A stretch of 64,000 bases of DNA from Octopus sinensis (taxonomy: Eukaryota): the NCBI RefSeq assembly GCF_006345805.1, contig NC_043015.1, forward strand, positions 34,906,001 to 34,970,000. The letters run 5' to 3'. Below the pieces are notes generated by a model. It did not search any database and had not been told where the DNA came from. It saw only the letters and a program-made list of their open reading frames with translations. Each line of letters begins with the position of its first letter. Within the stretch, counting starts at the first letter, position 1. Below are positions 1 to 13,125 of the stretch, one piece after another. The position numbers and the translations under genes were made by a program.

Positions 1-2229
1 CTACCCCTGCTAAGGCTCGCACTTTCTAATTCACAGTAACCTTAACCCTCTCAGACCTGGTCCCCTATGCCTAACTGTACCCTCCACCTGGGGTCCTGAG
101 CAAAGAAATAATTATACAGTTCAAGAGTAGTGATTGCAAACAAACTAATGGACAAAACCACAAAAAGGGGGGGGGGATAATCATAATATAATGAGAAGGT
201 CTATTTCTCAATGACTGTGTTTGTCCATTGCTGAACAGAACCACAGAAAAATCCAGGAGACTAACAATAATAGGCTTATCTCTCACTACTTTGCTCATCT
301 CTTTCTCCAGTTTGGTTGTCTGACTGACTTTCATAGTCTGCATAAGGGCAAACTCTTCATGCAAAGAATAAATACCAGTAATTTCCTCAACTGTAAAGAG
401 TCTCCTTTACCAGACAAAATGCTGGGTTCATCACACATTCATTTCATCACAAGAAAAATCTTTTTTTTTCTTTCCAATTAAAAACAAAAATAAACAACAG
501 CTGTTGGGGATGCAATAAACAATGAGTCTAAACAAATTTGACTAAATGGTTGCAACATGATTGATTATCTGTTTTTAGTAAACTATCTTCTTTTTGTACG
601 TGTGTTGCTCATTACTAATTTAACAGGAATTTGGTAAAGATTATAGTTATGCTATCCCCACTATACCAAGAACATGGTGCAGTAGGGTTCAGGCAACTTC
701 TACTGCCTCTATGCCACCTTGACAGCATCTTGCCTACTGGTTCCCCTAATGCTTGACATTATAAAGGGACTGGCCTGTGAACTCTCTGCATCTTACCTCC
801 ATCGGATCAAACCTTGCTACCCATTGTTTTGACATAACCAGCTCAGCATATTTTCTTCTCTTACTCTCATCTGTCTTCTCAAAATGTATTTGTAAAATAT
901 ATTTATACACACACAAATGCAGGCATGATTATGTGGTTAAGTTCTTTTCAGAACTACATGAGTAGCGGTTTGGTTGCATTGCATAGATATACTTTAACTG
1001 CAGAGAGAGACACTTACAGAGACATGCATAGACCACTACGCATTGACATACAGATTAGTGAAAGGTGAGGAAGGAGAACAAGAGCATATTAGGTCATTAG
1101 GATTTTATAAGAGATGAAAAAAGGCTTTGGAAAAGTTGGACAATGTAGTGGCGCTAGCTTATGTGCATGTGTGTGTGTGTGTGTATGCATCTGCAGATTA
1201 CCTACTCTATTAAAAGCAAAATGCTTTATTAAAAAAGCATCTTTAAGCCCACCCTCTTGATCAAGCTTTCATACTTTACTACATGCAATACTGCTGACAT
1301 AATACATCATCTCAATTATTAGAAATTATTCCATCTACCTGTGAGTAAAACTAACAATACCTGTGTGAAACCTTCCAACCTTCTGCTGGTGCCTTGTCAA
1401 CTCTCAGCAGTCTAGGTGAGTGACCTATACCCAAGATTGCAATATGAGGTCTAGCGCACTACTAACGCCCTACAACAGGCCCAAGAATCTTACAAAAACA
1501 ACTGGATACCCCATTGCCACCAACTCAAGCAAAACAGCAGTAACAACATGAACAATGGCACCCCAATTGGAGCCAGCCAAAACAGAAGCAGCAGCACCAA
1601 TAGGCATCCTTAAAGTGTAAAAAGACTCCCAACACTAAAGAAACACCTTCACTTCCTCCCTCAGCTTTCTCCCTGGATCAGTGGTCTTACCAATTGAGAA
1701 GAAGTTAAAACAACAACAAAATTCTGTAACAGAGGGAAGGGGACAGTGAAAAACAAAAGCTGGTTCATTCAAAAGGACAGCAAATACTCTTGAAGCACAT
1801 GACATGACCAATGCATCACTACAGTCTTAACCACAACAGCATCAGCAACAACTGAAACAAAAATCGCAGTTAGAACCACATAAAAAAATAAAAAATAAAA
1901 CAGCACTCAAAGCAAATCACAGAAGAAAATGACATTAATTTCAGCCATGTTCAAACGAGCGATATTGACTTGATGGAGAAGGTAATAAGAAGCAACAAAA
2001 GCATTGCCACTTTGAAGAGTTCCTCCCCAAAACTTACAAAAATAGACTTCCCATACAAAGAGATTCATAGACATACATAGGAATAAAAGGAAATTTTCCA
2101 TTTGATGTAGGGCTTTTCAAAAAAATACCCAACAAAATGCTTTATAAAAACCTTTCAAAATTCCAATCTTAACCAATGAGAAGGCTGAATCAACCAATCT
2201 CCTTAAGGACCTAAGTGAGTGACCTCTCC

Positions 2230-3170
2230 ATTTTTGTTTTCTCCATAACAAATACTGCTGTCCTCAGAGTTGGTTGTATAAATGTGTGTGATATAGAGTC
2301 AGCTTGGAAACAAGGCCATTTTCTCAATGACCTCAAGTCACTTGGCTTAAATATAGCTGCCATTAGTGAGACCAGGATCCCTGGAGCATTCATACTCACA
2401 CCCATTTTCAATAACAATGAGATATTCTCAACTTGTGGCCTGTTGGGGTTGATTTACCAGGTGGTAGTCTTAGTCTTTGATCTCAAGGTACAGGCTGTCT
2501 TCCCAGACTCAGTAAGTTGGTAGGCCTGGATGTGAGCAGCAGCAAAGGTGATGCCTTCAGACTAGTGGCTGTCCATGCCCTGACATGGATAGGACAGCCA
2601 GATTTCTTCAGATGTCTAATAACTTTGCTAAGTAAAACCTTATCACTATTAGTTGAGGACTGGAACTGTATTTTAGATGCACAAAGGGAATGTATAAGGT
2701 TAGTACCTGCTCAGAAGTTTCCAACTATCTGATAGGTACCTACTAGATTTCTCTGATGTGCCACTGTGGACATGGAGCAACCACATTGTCATCTAAATCA
2801 TATCTAGATAGACTTTTAATTTGGGTCAACATATAGGGATGGTGTAGGATGTCCGGCTCAAAATGGTAAACTATACAAACCACAATTTTGTGATCTACTT
2901 CACTGACTTAGGTAGGACTTCTAGTCAGGGACCCAATTACTGAAAATTGTGTGTGTCCTTACTGGCGCACAAAGTGCTAAAGACAACAGGAACTATAATA
3001 GTGAATTAGTTATGCAGTAATTGACAGGAGCAGTTATGATGAAGTTCCACGAAGAGAGCAATTAGATCAGAATTTATTGTATTTAGCAAAGAGCAGTAGA
3101 GAGAAATAGATTGAAGTGAGAACTAATTGGCAATTTTGAAGAGGTTTTTAGGTTATTTGTCTAGTGGCTA
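2230..3170 (+). mobile_element. Decayed L1/Tx1-type LINE ORF2 APE endonuclease remnant
   Basis: ORFs 2215 and 2517 give RVGCINV, AAISETR, FRLVAVHA and LVEDWNCILD, degenerate APE motifs; frameshifted; boundaries approximate. Confidence 0.65.
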
Positions 3171-3355
3171 TAGCAAAAGAGGTTGTGTGATGGACAAAGT
3201 TGAAAGGTAATGAGGACAGACACTTGGTAGATCCCCTTTGACTTTTTCAAGTTTCATTTGATAAGGAAAGTGAGAATAGAAATAGAAGTGATGTTCCCAA
3301 ATGAATTTGTTGAAAGGTGGGTGAGAGTGGCAAAAACAGCAAGAGTAAATGGGAT

Positions 3356-6300
3356 CAGTGGTTCCCAACTGATTTTTGGTCATGCCCTACTGAATCATTT
3401 CTAAAACCCTGATGCCACCTTGTTATATTTAGTTTTTGTTATTCAAAATTTTACTACTATTCACTTGGAGGAAGCTTAAAAGGCTATTAACTTGGTCTCT
3501 GAACAAGCTTCCAAAGTACATGGCATTCATGAAAGAGAAAAATAAAAAACAGACATTTAAATAAAGTTTCAAAAATGTTGTTGTGGAGGACACCTCCTAG
3601 CCAGAGAAGTGGGCTGTACCACTACAAATAGTCGACAGACATAACGAATTGGCAAGGCATGCTGTTGGGCCAGTCAGGCTGACAACAAAGTATGTCCTCA
3701 TAAAACCACACAAAACAGTGTCGAGCAAGACACAACAAACATATAAGAGAGAAGTGAAATGCAGAAATATAAAATATTTGAATAAAAATAAGTAAACTAA
3801 AGTTAGCGAGATCCTGTGCTTCATACCTGCTATGGAGAGGTTTTATATTAGGCACTAGTTTAGTTAGTTTTAGTTTCGAGTCTCCTCGTTTAGTGATATC
3901 CAACCGATTTCTTTTTGTCAATAACAAATCATTTACAGCACTAAAGCCACATTCAGCTAAATATGAAGATGGAAACGGTAACAACAATTTTCTTGTGAAG
4001 TTGGTTGAATTTGGGTATTTGGTTTCTGTGTCATCACAAAGCCATGACATCACTCCTTTTATATTGAATAAAGTTTTCACTGACTCATCATTTTCCATTT
4101 CCGAGAGTTCTTCTTGGTACTCTATCGAAGCATCAGATATATCCACTAGCATTGGCTGCATCGCCCATGTTGGAAAATCAATTTGTTTTAAATCAATCAA
4201 AATCTTTCTTTCAAATCAGAGGCAAATATTTTCAGATGATCCAGAATGACAAGTATGGTAGCATCGGTCACCTCACATTTTTTTAGCCAATGAAACTGGT
4301 CAAAAATTTTGTTAAATATTTTCTTTTGACATACCTCAGTGAATGTAACAAAGCCAAATATCTTCGGTTTTGCATCAGTAAGAGTTTTATTAGATCCTTG
4401 AAGTTGTTTATTTAACATATTCAGTTTTTCAAAGATATCTGTTAAATAACTCACAAATGCTTTACCATCAACGGTTAGCAGGTGCTTCATTTCAGGCTTG
4501 TCACTTAAAGTCACTAAGAACATCGTGTAGTTCCATAAATCTGTTCAAGCAATTCCCCTTTGAGAACCACCTTACCTCAGTGTGAAATAAAAGTCTTGCA
4601 TAGTCTGCATTTTCACAAAGCCGCTTGAAAAGATGCTCTACCTCATTGAGAATAAGAAACATATTTTTCGATACTAAGTTCTCTCTATGAATAGGTTCTC
4701 ATCTTTCTTCAATTTTAAGCAGCCTTTTTTCTTGCCCATCATAACAGGAGCACCATCTGCAGCACAGGATGTTATATTCTCTATTGGTGTATTGTTGATA
4801 TCCAAGTAATTTTTTAACTTATCTTGTATATATCTGGGGCGGTAGTGGTGGATTCTAATGATTTGCAGAATATCATTTCTTCAGCAATTTCACCTTTATC
4901 AATATATCTTGCTTAGGTTAGCAATACAACCTCACTGTCTCTTAGAGATGATTCATTCATTTATAATGAGAATTTTCTTGATTTCAGCTTTTCAACAAGA
5001 TGTGTTTCAATATCTTCACTCATTTCATCTATTCTTCTACAAACAGTATTGTTACTGAGTGGCATGGCTTGAACCACTTTGTCATCTTTTTCCAGGACTG
5101 TTTTAAAACAATGCTGATATTGATGGTTTAATTAAATCCTGTCCAATAGTATGATTTTTTTCCACATTTAACAATGAGTAATGGAATTTCATAACTACCC
5201 TCAAGAGTACAACGAGCATTAACCAGTTTGTGTAGTAAACAGAAACATTATTGTTGTTCTTTTTGCAAACTTCTTTAAAGACTTGAAGTAATTTAAATCT
5301 GAATTTACATATGCACTATGTTTCAACTTCAAATGCAACTCAACGATTTGGTTTCATTCATTCATTGGTCAAACATTGTTGGCATAAGAGGCAGAAAGGT
5401 GACTGTTTATCATGGATAGCGGGTATAAATTCAAATTTTAAATATTCCTCTGAATATTGATGAACTTTTTTTTTACTTGCACTATTCATTTTATGTATTT
5501 TTTAATCAAACACGAAGAGATCTCAGTTCAAGCAAATTTTTTCAACAATTTCTTCAAGAAGATTTCAGTATAAACTTTCAGAAAATATGCTCAAAAAGAA
5601 ACAAAAAATATTCTGTGAATCTGCTCAGCTGTAAAAACCTTTCAATCAATGATGGAAGTTTTTCTTACATTTTTTGCTGAATTCACAAACTTGATAATAA
5701 TTTCTGATTGGTGGGAATAAAATAACTTGTTAATTTTAATCTCTGATCATATATATACGTGTATGTGTGCATTACCAGTACCATAAATCTCTATCTATCT
5801 ATCCCCCCCCTCTCTCTCTGCCTTTTGCTCTTCCTTCACTGACACTACCTCTTACTTCCACTCCATTTCAACCCATTCTGCACAATTCAATTCTCTCACA
5901 TCCAATACTATTTAGTGCCCCACCAACACTCTGCAGCACCACATTTTTCTTGTGTACCTAGATTTTTGTCACTACAGATAAAAGAGTCAATACTTTTAGA
6001 CACCCACACACATAAGTCTGTAGTACATACATGCACACACACACACACACACACAGAGGCATTTATAATTAATTACCTACATGTTTTCACATACCGAAGG
6101 AAATAAATCTATTCCGTCTTTAGCAACATCAGATCTTGTGATGATGAAAAACAACCTGTTGTCTCTAAAGTGTCCAAAATTTGATAAAATTGTCCACGGA
6201 AGGGATGTAAAGAATTTTTTTTTTATAGCTTATTCTCGAATTGCCCCCTTTCTCTAATTGGTATAGTAAATATTGTGCACAAGAGGTATAAATTCAACTT

Positions 6301-6374
6301 AACCCTACACATGCATCACCAAGATATTACCATGCCCCACTTGTGGGGCTTGTGCCCAAAGTTGGGAATCAGGG
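3356..6374 (-). mobile_element. hAT (Buster/Charlie-type) DNA transposon, decayed
   Basis: Left TIR cagtggttcccaact at 3356; degenerate right TIR agttgggaatcaggg at 6360-6374 followed by ctcTAaat. Minus-strand transposase fragments include LLPFPSSYLAECGFSAV and YLTDIFEKLNMLNKQLQG. The left flank does not match as a TSD. Confidence 0.8.
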
Positions 6375-7044
6375 CTCTAAATATATATCTGTTGGCGGAT
6401 GAAAATTGGAGAGGTCACTTTCCCCCTGGTGTTCTGTGGGATCTTGAATGACTGGGTTCCTTAATTGACCTTAGAGGTTGTCCTGGTTGGAGTGCATCAT
6501 TTTTTAAAAACATTTATATCCATATTTTTCTTAATTTTTTCATTTGATTCTCTTCAAACCTCCACATTTTATGTCTACCTTTGTCTCATCCATCCCCTTC
6601 ACTATTACCTTGAGAGCAAATAAATCAACATCGTTATTATTTTTTGTTGTTGTTAGATGATTACTAGCAATGCCTGTGGAAATCCCACAGTAAATACAAC
6701 ATTTTTTAGATGATTGTAAATTTATAAAGAACCATAAAAATTAGTGTTTCTTTTAAAATTGTATATTCTGCATTATTTTCATTTAATAAATAAAAAAGAA
6801 TCTTCTGGATAAGGCTGTAATTGAGGGAGCAGGACTTGCTCATTTTTTCTGCTTCATTATTGCCTATACCATCTCATTTTTTCTCTTGTTAGCTTACATC
6901 ATCTATCACCATATTTTATAAACAAATGTCAATTTTGAAGTAAGCAGGCAAAAGATAATTGCATTTCTGTGCATGCATTAAGGAATGAGCTGTATAAAAA
7001 ATGATTTCAAAACTAACAACTACACTTTTCACTATTTACTCACC

Positions 7045-7081
<37 letters not shown>

Positions 7082-7817
7082 TCACCACTGCCATGTGAAA
7101 GCATTCTGCATCAGCTGGCATAACTGTCTCTTATCTTCTTTTACCTTTCAACCTTGATATAACTGCTCCCCCCTCCCTCCCTCTCTCTGCTTTTCTTTAA
7201 CCTCATCACCAGACCATCACCTCACTTTTAAACATTCTTCTCTTCTATCTATTTCTCTCTCTTCAACTAAGTTTTTAACCACATAATAACAATTACGTCC
7301 CCCCCCCCCACCGCATGCCGATAGCGTTTCTCTTTGCCTCTCCCTTCAACTGACCACGTGATGGTGTAATGCATTCAGCCTTAGCATATTAATTTATAGA
7401 GACACATACATATATATACATGCATACATCTTCCTCTACTTTTTTTCTGCTGCTCCTTTTCCATCCATCTTTCACTCTCACTCCACTTCTCCTCCTCTAA
7501 CTAACTAAAGTGTAACAAATGAACAAGTAGAATTATAATATAGGTAATTAATTTAACTTATTAGTGGTATGCTACATGTCTCTTTCTCTCTAAATATTTC
7601 GCCCTGTGTCCGTTATTCTCACATAAAGGTCTGCAAAATTCCAATTCCTTTTCTAGTCTCAGTTAATACTTCCTTTTAGAGAGTTCCTTTTAATATGCTT
7701 ATAAAAGTTTCTATTGAAAATACAGAGTGGCTTGTGTGAAAGGGGTTTATTGGACATGATTCTTGCATTTAGATGTTGCTGTTAAACATTTTTTTTTTCA
7801 ATGTCTTTTTGTTCCAG

Positions 7818-7975
7818 CTGAAGCGAAAGTTTTATTTGATTATCAAGCAAGCCAGGATGATGAATTAACAATCATTGTTGGGGATATCATCAAGAATGTA
7901 GTCATGTCTGATGGAGGCTGGTGGGAAGGTGAAAAAAATGGCCAGAAGGGTCTATTTCCAGATAATTTTGTAGAG
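7818..7975 (+). CDS. SH3KBP1: Exon: SH3-A domain ([53 protein letters not shown])
   Basis: Polypyrimidine tract + ttccag acceptor, GAG|gtatg donor, 158 nt, phase 1 to 0; SH3 motifs [19 protein letters not shown]. Confidence 0.95.
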
Positions 7976-10900
7976 GTATGTTAGAAGATGGTTTTGCTTA
8001 TTTCAATAACATTTTCGGCCATCTTAAGCTTCTACTAATCTTGTAGCTACTCAATATTATTCAACTGCATGGCAATACCTATTAAAATCTGACACAGTAT
8101 AAAGGGTCCTCTTTAGTCTTGTAGACAATCTCTCTGGTCCTGTCAAGAAAAGCATCTCTAGTTCCTAAGTTATGATAAAATATATATCCTATCCATACAG
8201 TGAAGTAGTTAGAGTTCGAAAGAACCTTCAGCTGTAAAAGCCGTCTCATAACAATTAGGAAAACATGAGCTCTGCAAGCTGCAGTGCACATGCAACACAT
8301 CCAAATAAAAACTAAACAGAGTAGAAGAGTCTCTTTAGTTCTGACAATAACTTCTCTAGTGTTGGTGGCATGATAAAATACACCCACTCATCTGCTGTTA
8401 AATGGTTGTAAACAAGAAGGTTATCCAACCATGAAAACATTCCTTATTTCATGATATGCACAATACAAGTGACAGAAAGTTTTCTTTGGTTTTGCATGTC
8501 TCAAAGACCACAGGAAAAGACAAGACTTGAAACTACTTGTCCAACCCATGCCAGCATGGAAAAACAGATAATTAACAATGAGGTCTGTAAAATTCTGGAC
8601 TACACGAGATCACTTATTATAGTTTTTAATTTCTTTAAACTTTTAAGACATGTCCTTAAAGCTGTTTATCAACTTATTTCATTCTTGTTTCTTGGTTTTG
8701 AAATAAGAAAATAGCTTTTAAGACAGAAGATTAGACTTTGTGCAGCTGCAAATTGTGTGGAATTGAGGGCTAGATTATTCTTATTTATTAGATTTTATTT
8801 TTATATGTGTCATTGTGGAACCAAAAACTATATTTTGACAAAAGAATGTCTGGGTGTGGATACCTAATGACATCTGCTTTTTGCAAAACCTATAATTAGT
8901 AAAAAAAAAAAAAAAGATCTCTACTATAATTTTACTTCAGTTTCCGCTATAGATATCTACTTATATTCATAATAGACTTAATCTTTTATCATATTTCTGT
9001 TTTACATGCTTTTATTCAAAATGTCTAGATTTATAGTTTTTTTTCTTCCTTTTAATGATATTTTACATATGTTGAACCAAATATCTCAAATTTCTAAGCC
9101 TTCATAATATCAGCTTTGCTTTCTTGTTTCACTTATGAACTAATGGACTTTGAAACTATTGCTATTTATGTTTTCAGAGTTTTTCTTAGCATTTGTAATC
9201 GTAGTTTTCTAAGATTGTATGTCTGACAGCCCTAGTATATTCAGATTCTGAAAGTCATGGGTTAGTGGTGTTAATTTCAAGTATATTTATATTTTGTCAG
9301 CTCTGATTGAAGATATCTGTAATCAAGGGCATTCCAGTTTTGACCATTCAGTTTTTATTTTCATGTTTTTCAGATATAGTACATCAAAGACTACATTTTC
9401 TAATACGTCCCTCCTTTTATAAGATGGTAGAGTATGATTTGAGAGAGATTTAGCCTCTATTTCTAACTGGATTTTCTCCAGTTTATAGAAATGATCAGGT
9501 AGCTGTTTATCTTATGTTCATATAAGTAATTGTATAAACTGGCAGGACCTGTAGAAATATATAAACTACACCTTTCCCTGTCCAACTACTACCAAGCCTC
9601 GTCAAAGTTCTTTACCAATTGAGATTATTTTCATTTCAGTTTGGCTACAACCTTCACTGCGCTGTTGTTGCCCACAAGTTTTCTCCCCTGTGGTTGCAGG
9701 CACATTGTGTCACTTTGAGAGGAGGGTTTAAAATAAACATTTCAAAAAGTTTATTTCCACTACTTTAAGCTGGAAACAGCCGACTTTTGATTCTGAACGA
9801 GGTTAAACTTCCATTCTATGACCATTTTCATTGTTTATTTACTCATCATGAGATACACAAGCTTTTACATCGATTGCTGTTTTTTTAGTTTTTTTTACTG
9901 AATGAAAATAGCCATTCCTGCATTTGATGAAGCTTTTCTGGAAGAAATCTTGTTTAATTCTGACTCAGATGTCAATTTTGAAGGATTTACTCAGGCAGAT
10001 ATCAATGGTGAAATGATTTGAAGTGATGATGAGGAGAGAAACTGTGCTTCCATTGATCTTGTGAATGATGTCCCAAGTGGATACTATCATCCATGGTTGA
10101 CTGATTTTAAGGAAAATACTAATCAGGAGGCACCTGATGGTATTTCCGAGGAACAACTCTTTTGTCTCTTCTTTAATGATGAAATTATAACTTGGTTTGC
10201 CAATGAGACAAATATATATGCCAGTCAGTTGAAGGGAAAGAGAAGGGAAAATGCTAACACCTACTCATGTGTCAACATGTGCAAGGATACTACTGTTGAA
10301 AAAATGAAGGCATTTGTTGCAATTTTATTTTTGATTGGACTCACCAAACATTCATCATTTGTATTATATTGGCTGACTGAAGACTTTATTGAGATGCCAG
10401 GCTTCAAACACATCATGGCAAGAGACAGATATCTGAGAATCCTGTCGTTTTACCATCTTTCAGACAACTCAATGACAAAACCAAGAAACCACCCTGAGCA
10501 TACTTTCATCCTGGAAAGAAACTTTTAGTGGATGAAAGTGTAATTCCTTTCAAAAGAAGAACAGGCCTATTAATATACATGCCAGCAAAACCAGCCAAAT
10601 GGGGCTTGAAAACCTGGGAACTAGCTTATGCAAAAACTGAGTACATATACAATTGACAGCTGTACTTGCACTGAGAAACAGCCCAAGCACCAAGGGCAGT
10701 TGGTGTTGTACCCAGTGAAATCAAAGCAGCAAGACCCTGAGCAGGCAATCCCCCATCACACACAGGGATGGACACATTTTTGTACATTTCCTGGTATGAC
10801 AAAAGAAAAGGCTTGTGAATCTTTTGACAACTGCCCACTCTGCTGAGACCTTCAGAGAAGAAGTTTCAAAGCATCATGAAGATCATACCAGGATTGTGTA

Positions 10901-11293
10901 CAAACCTTGTGCTGAGCAGTCCTACTCTCATCACGTGGAGGGAGCAGATAGACAGAGCGGACAAGCAAATGACATATTACGTGATGCTGCACAGATGTAC
11001 TAAGTGGTGGAAGAAAATTTTCTTTTACCTTTTTGAAATATGTTTCTGCAATTCCCTCATCATCTGGAAAGCCAAGTCAGCTCACTGGGGAAATGCTCAA
11101 AATTGTACATTCTCTGCTGGAAGGCTACCAGTCAGGTGTGTCTCACAGGACATCAGAAGCCCCTCCCCTAGAGAAGCTGGTGTTAACAGAACACCACCTT
11201 ATTAACCTCAAGTGCCTAAAATCTGACAGACCTTCTTGTCCAGATTGTGCTGTTTGTTCAAACAGAGAGAAGAAGCATCACCAAATCCAGTTC

Positions 11294-13125
11294 CTCATCA
11301 TCATCATCATTTGTCTATTGTCCATGTTAGCATGGGTTGGACAGTTTGATTGGGCCGGCATGCTGGAAGGTGGTGCCAGTCTCCAGTTTGATTTGGCATG
11401 GTTTTCTACAGGTGGATGCCCTTCCCAACACCAACCACTCTGAGAGTATAATGGGTGCCATTTGCATGACACTGGCATCTGCCATAACTGCTCAGCTTGA
11501 TGGGTCTTCTGAAGCACAAAATAACACTGAAAAGGAACTCAGCCACCTCACCTCCATGAGGCCCAACACTGAAAAGGAACTCAGCCACCTCACCTCCATG
11601 AGGCCCAACACTCAAAAGGAACTCAGCCACCTCACCTCCATGAGGCCCAACACTGAAAAGGAACTCAGCCACCTCACCTCCATGAGGCCCAACACTCAAA
11701 AGGAACTCAGCCACCTCACCTCCATGAGGCCCAACACTGAAAAGGAACTCAGCCACCTCACCTCCATGAGGCCCAACACTCAAAAGGAACTCAGCCACCT
11801 CACCTCCATGAGGCCCAACACTGAAAAGGAACTCAGCCACCTCACTCCATGAGGCCCAACACTCAAAAGGAACTCAGCCACCTCACCTCCATGAGGCCCA
11901 ACACTCAAAAGGAACTCAGCCACCTCACCTCCATGAGGCCCAACACTGAAAAGGAACTCAGCCACCTCACCTCCATGAGGCCAACACTCAAAAGGAACTC
12001 AGCCACCTCACCTCCATGAGGCCCAACACTCAAAAGGAACTCAGCCACCTCACCTCCATGAGGCCCAACACTGAAAAGGAACTCAGCCACCCACCTCCAT
12101 GAGGCCCAACACTCAAAAGGAACTCAGCCACCTCACCTCCATGAGGCCCACACTCAAAAGGAACTCAGCCACCTCACCTCCATGAGGCCAACACTGAAAA
12201 GGAACTCAGCCACCTCACCTCCATGAGGCCCAACACTGAAAAGGAACTCAGCCACCTCACCTCCATGAGGCCCAACACTCAAAAGGAACTCAGCCACCTC
12301 ACCTCCATGAGGCCCAACACTGAAAAGAACTCAGCCACCTCACCTCATGAGGCCCAACACTCAAAAGGAACTCAGCCACCTCACCTCCATGAGGCCCAAC
12401 ACTGAAAAGGAACTCAGCCACCTCACCTCCATGAGGCCCAACACTCAAAAGGAACTCAGCCACCTCACCTCCATGAGGCCCAACACTGAAAAGGAACTCA
12501 GCCACCTCACCTCATGAGGCCCAACACTCAAAAGGAACTCAGCCACCTCACCTCCATGAGGCCCAACACTCAAAAGGAACTCAGCCACCTCACCTCCATG
12601 AGGCCCAACACTGAAAAGGAACTCAGCCACCTCACCTCCATGAGGCCCAACACTCAAAAGGAACTCAGCCACCTCACCTCCATGAGGCCCAACACTCAAA
12701 AGGAACTCAGCCACCTCACCTCCATGAGGCCCAACACTGAAAAGGAACTCAGCCACCTCACCTCCATGAGGCCCAACACTCAAAAGGAACTCAGCCACCT
12801 CACCTCCATGAGGCCCAACACTCAAAAGGAACTCAGCCACCTCACCTCCATGAGGCCCAACACTGAAAAGGAACTCAGCCACCTCACCTCCATGAGGCCC
12901 AACACTGAAAAGGAACTCAGCCACCTCACCTCCATGAGGCCCAACACTCAAAAGGAACTCAGCCACTTTGCCTCTGCCAGGTTCAGTGTTCAAAGGTTGA
13001 TTTCTTTATGTGCCACCAGCATGGGTGCACTTGGCTTGACGGGTCCTCTTAAGCAGAGCACATTGCCAATGGTCTCAGTCACTAGTCACTGCCTCTGTGA
13101 GGTTCAAAGATCATGCTTCACCACC
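11294..13125 (-). mobile_element. RTE-type LINE 3' fragment with (CAT)n tail on + strand, carrying an internal minisatellite
   Basis: catcatcat..tccatgttagcatgggttggacag..ggatgcccttcc 3' UTR as in other copies (45608, 46031); right end gtcactagtcactgcctc..tcatgcttcaccacc matches the ORF2 C-terminus seen at 46500 and 51600. Confidence 0.85.
11523..12966. repeat. 42-bp minisatellite, 34 full units + 1 partial (AACACT[G/C]AAAAGGAACTCAGCCACCTCACCTCCATGAGGCCC)
   Basis: Read directly. First to last unit start is 1420 bp; adding the 8 single-base deletions gives 34 x 42. Head-to-tail with no spacers. Confidence 0.98.

Noticed and set aside
1-7817. First (ATG) exon or promoter of the host gene
   Set aside because: A phase-1 upstream exon is required, but no candidate can be distinguished; it may lie before the window
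11523-12966. 42-bp array as a CRISPR array
   Set aside because: Head-to-tail units with no unique spacers, no cas genes, and a eukaryotic intronic context
11406-12993. Minus-strand ORFs (AEFLFSVGPHGGEV)n as genes
   Set aside because: By-product of a stop-free 42-bp unit; no independent coding evidence
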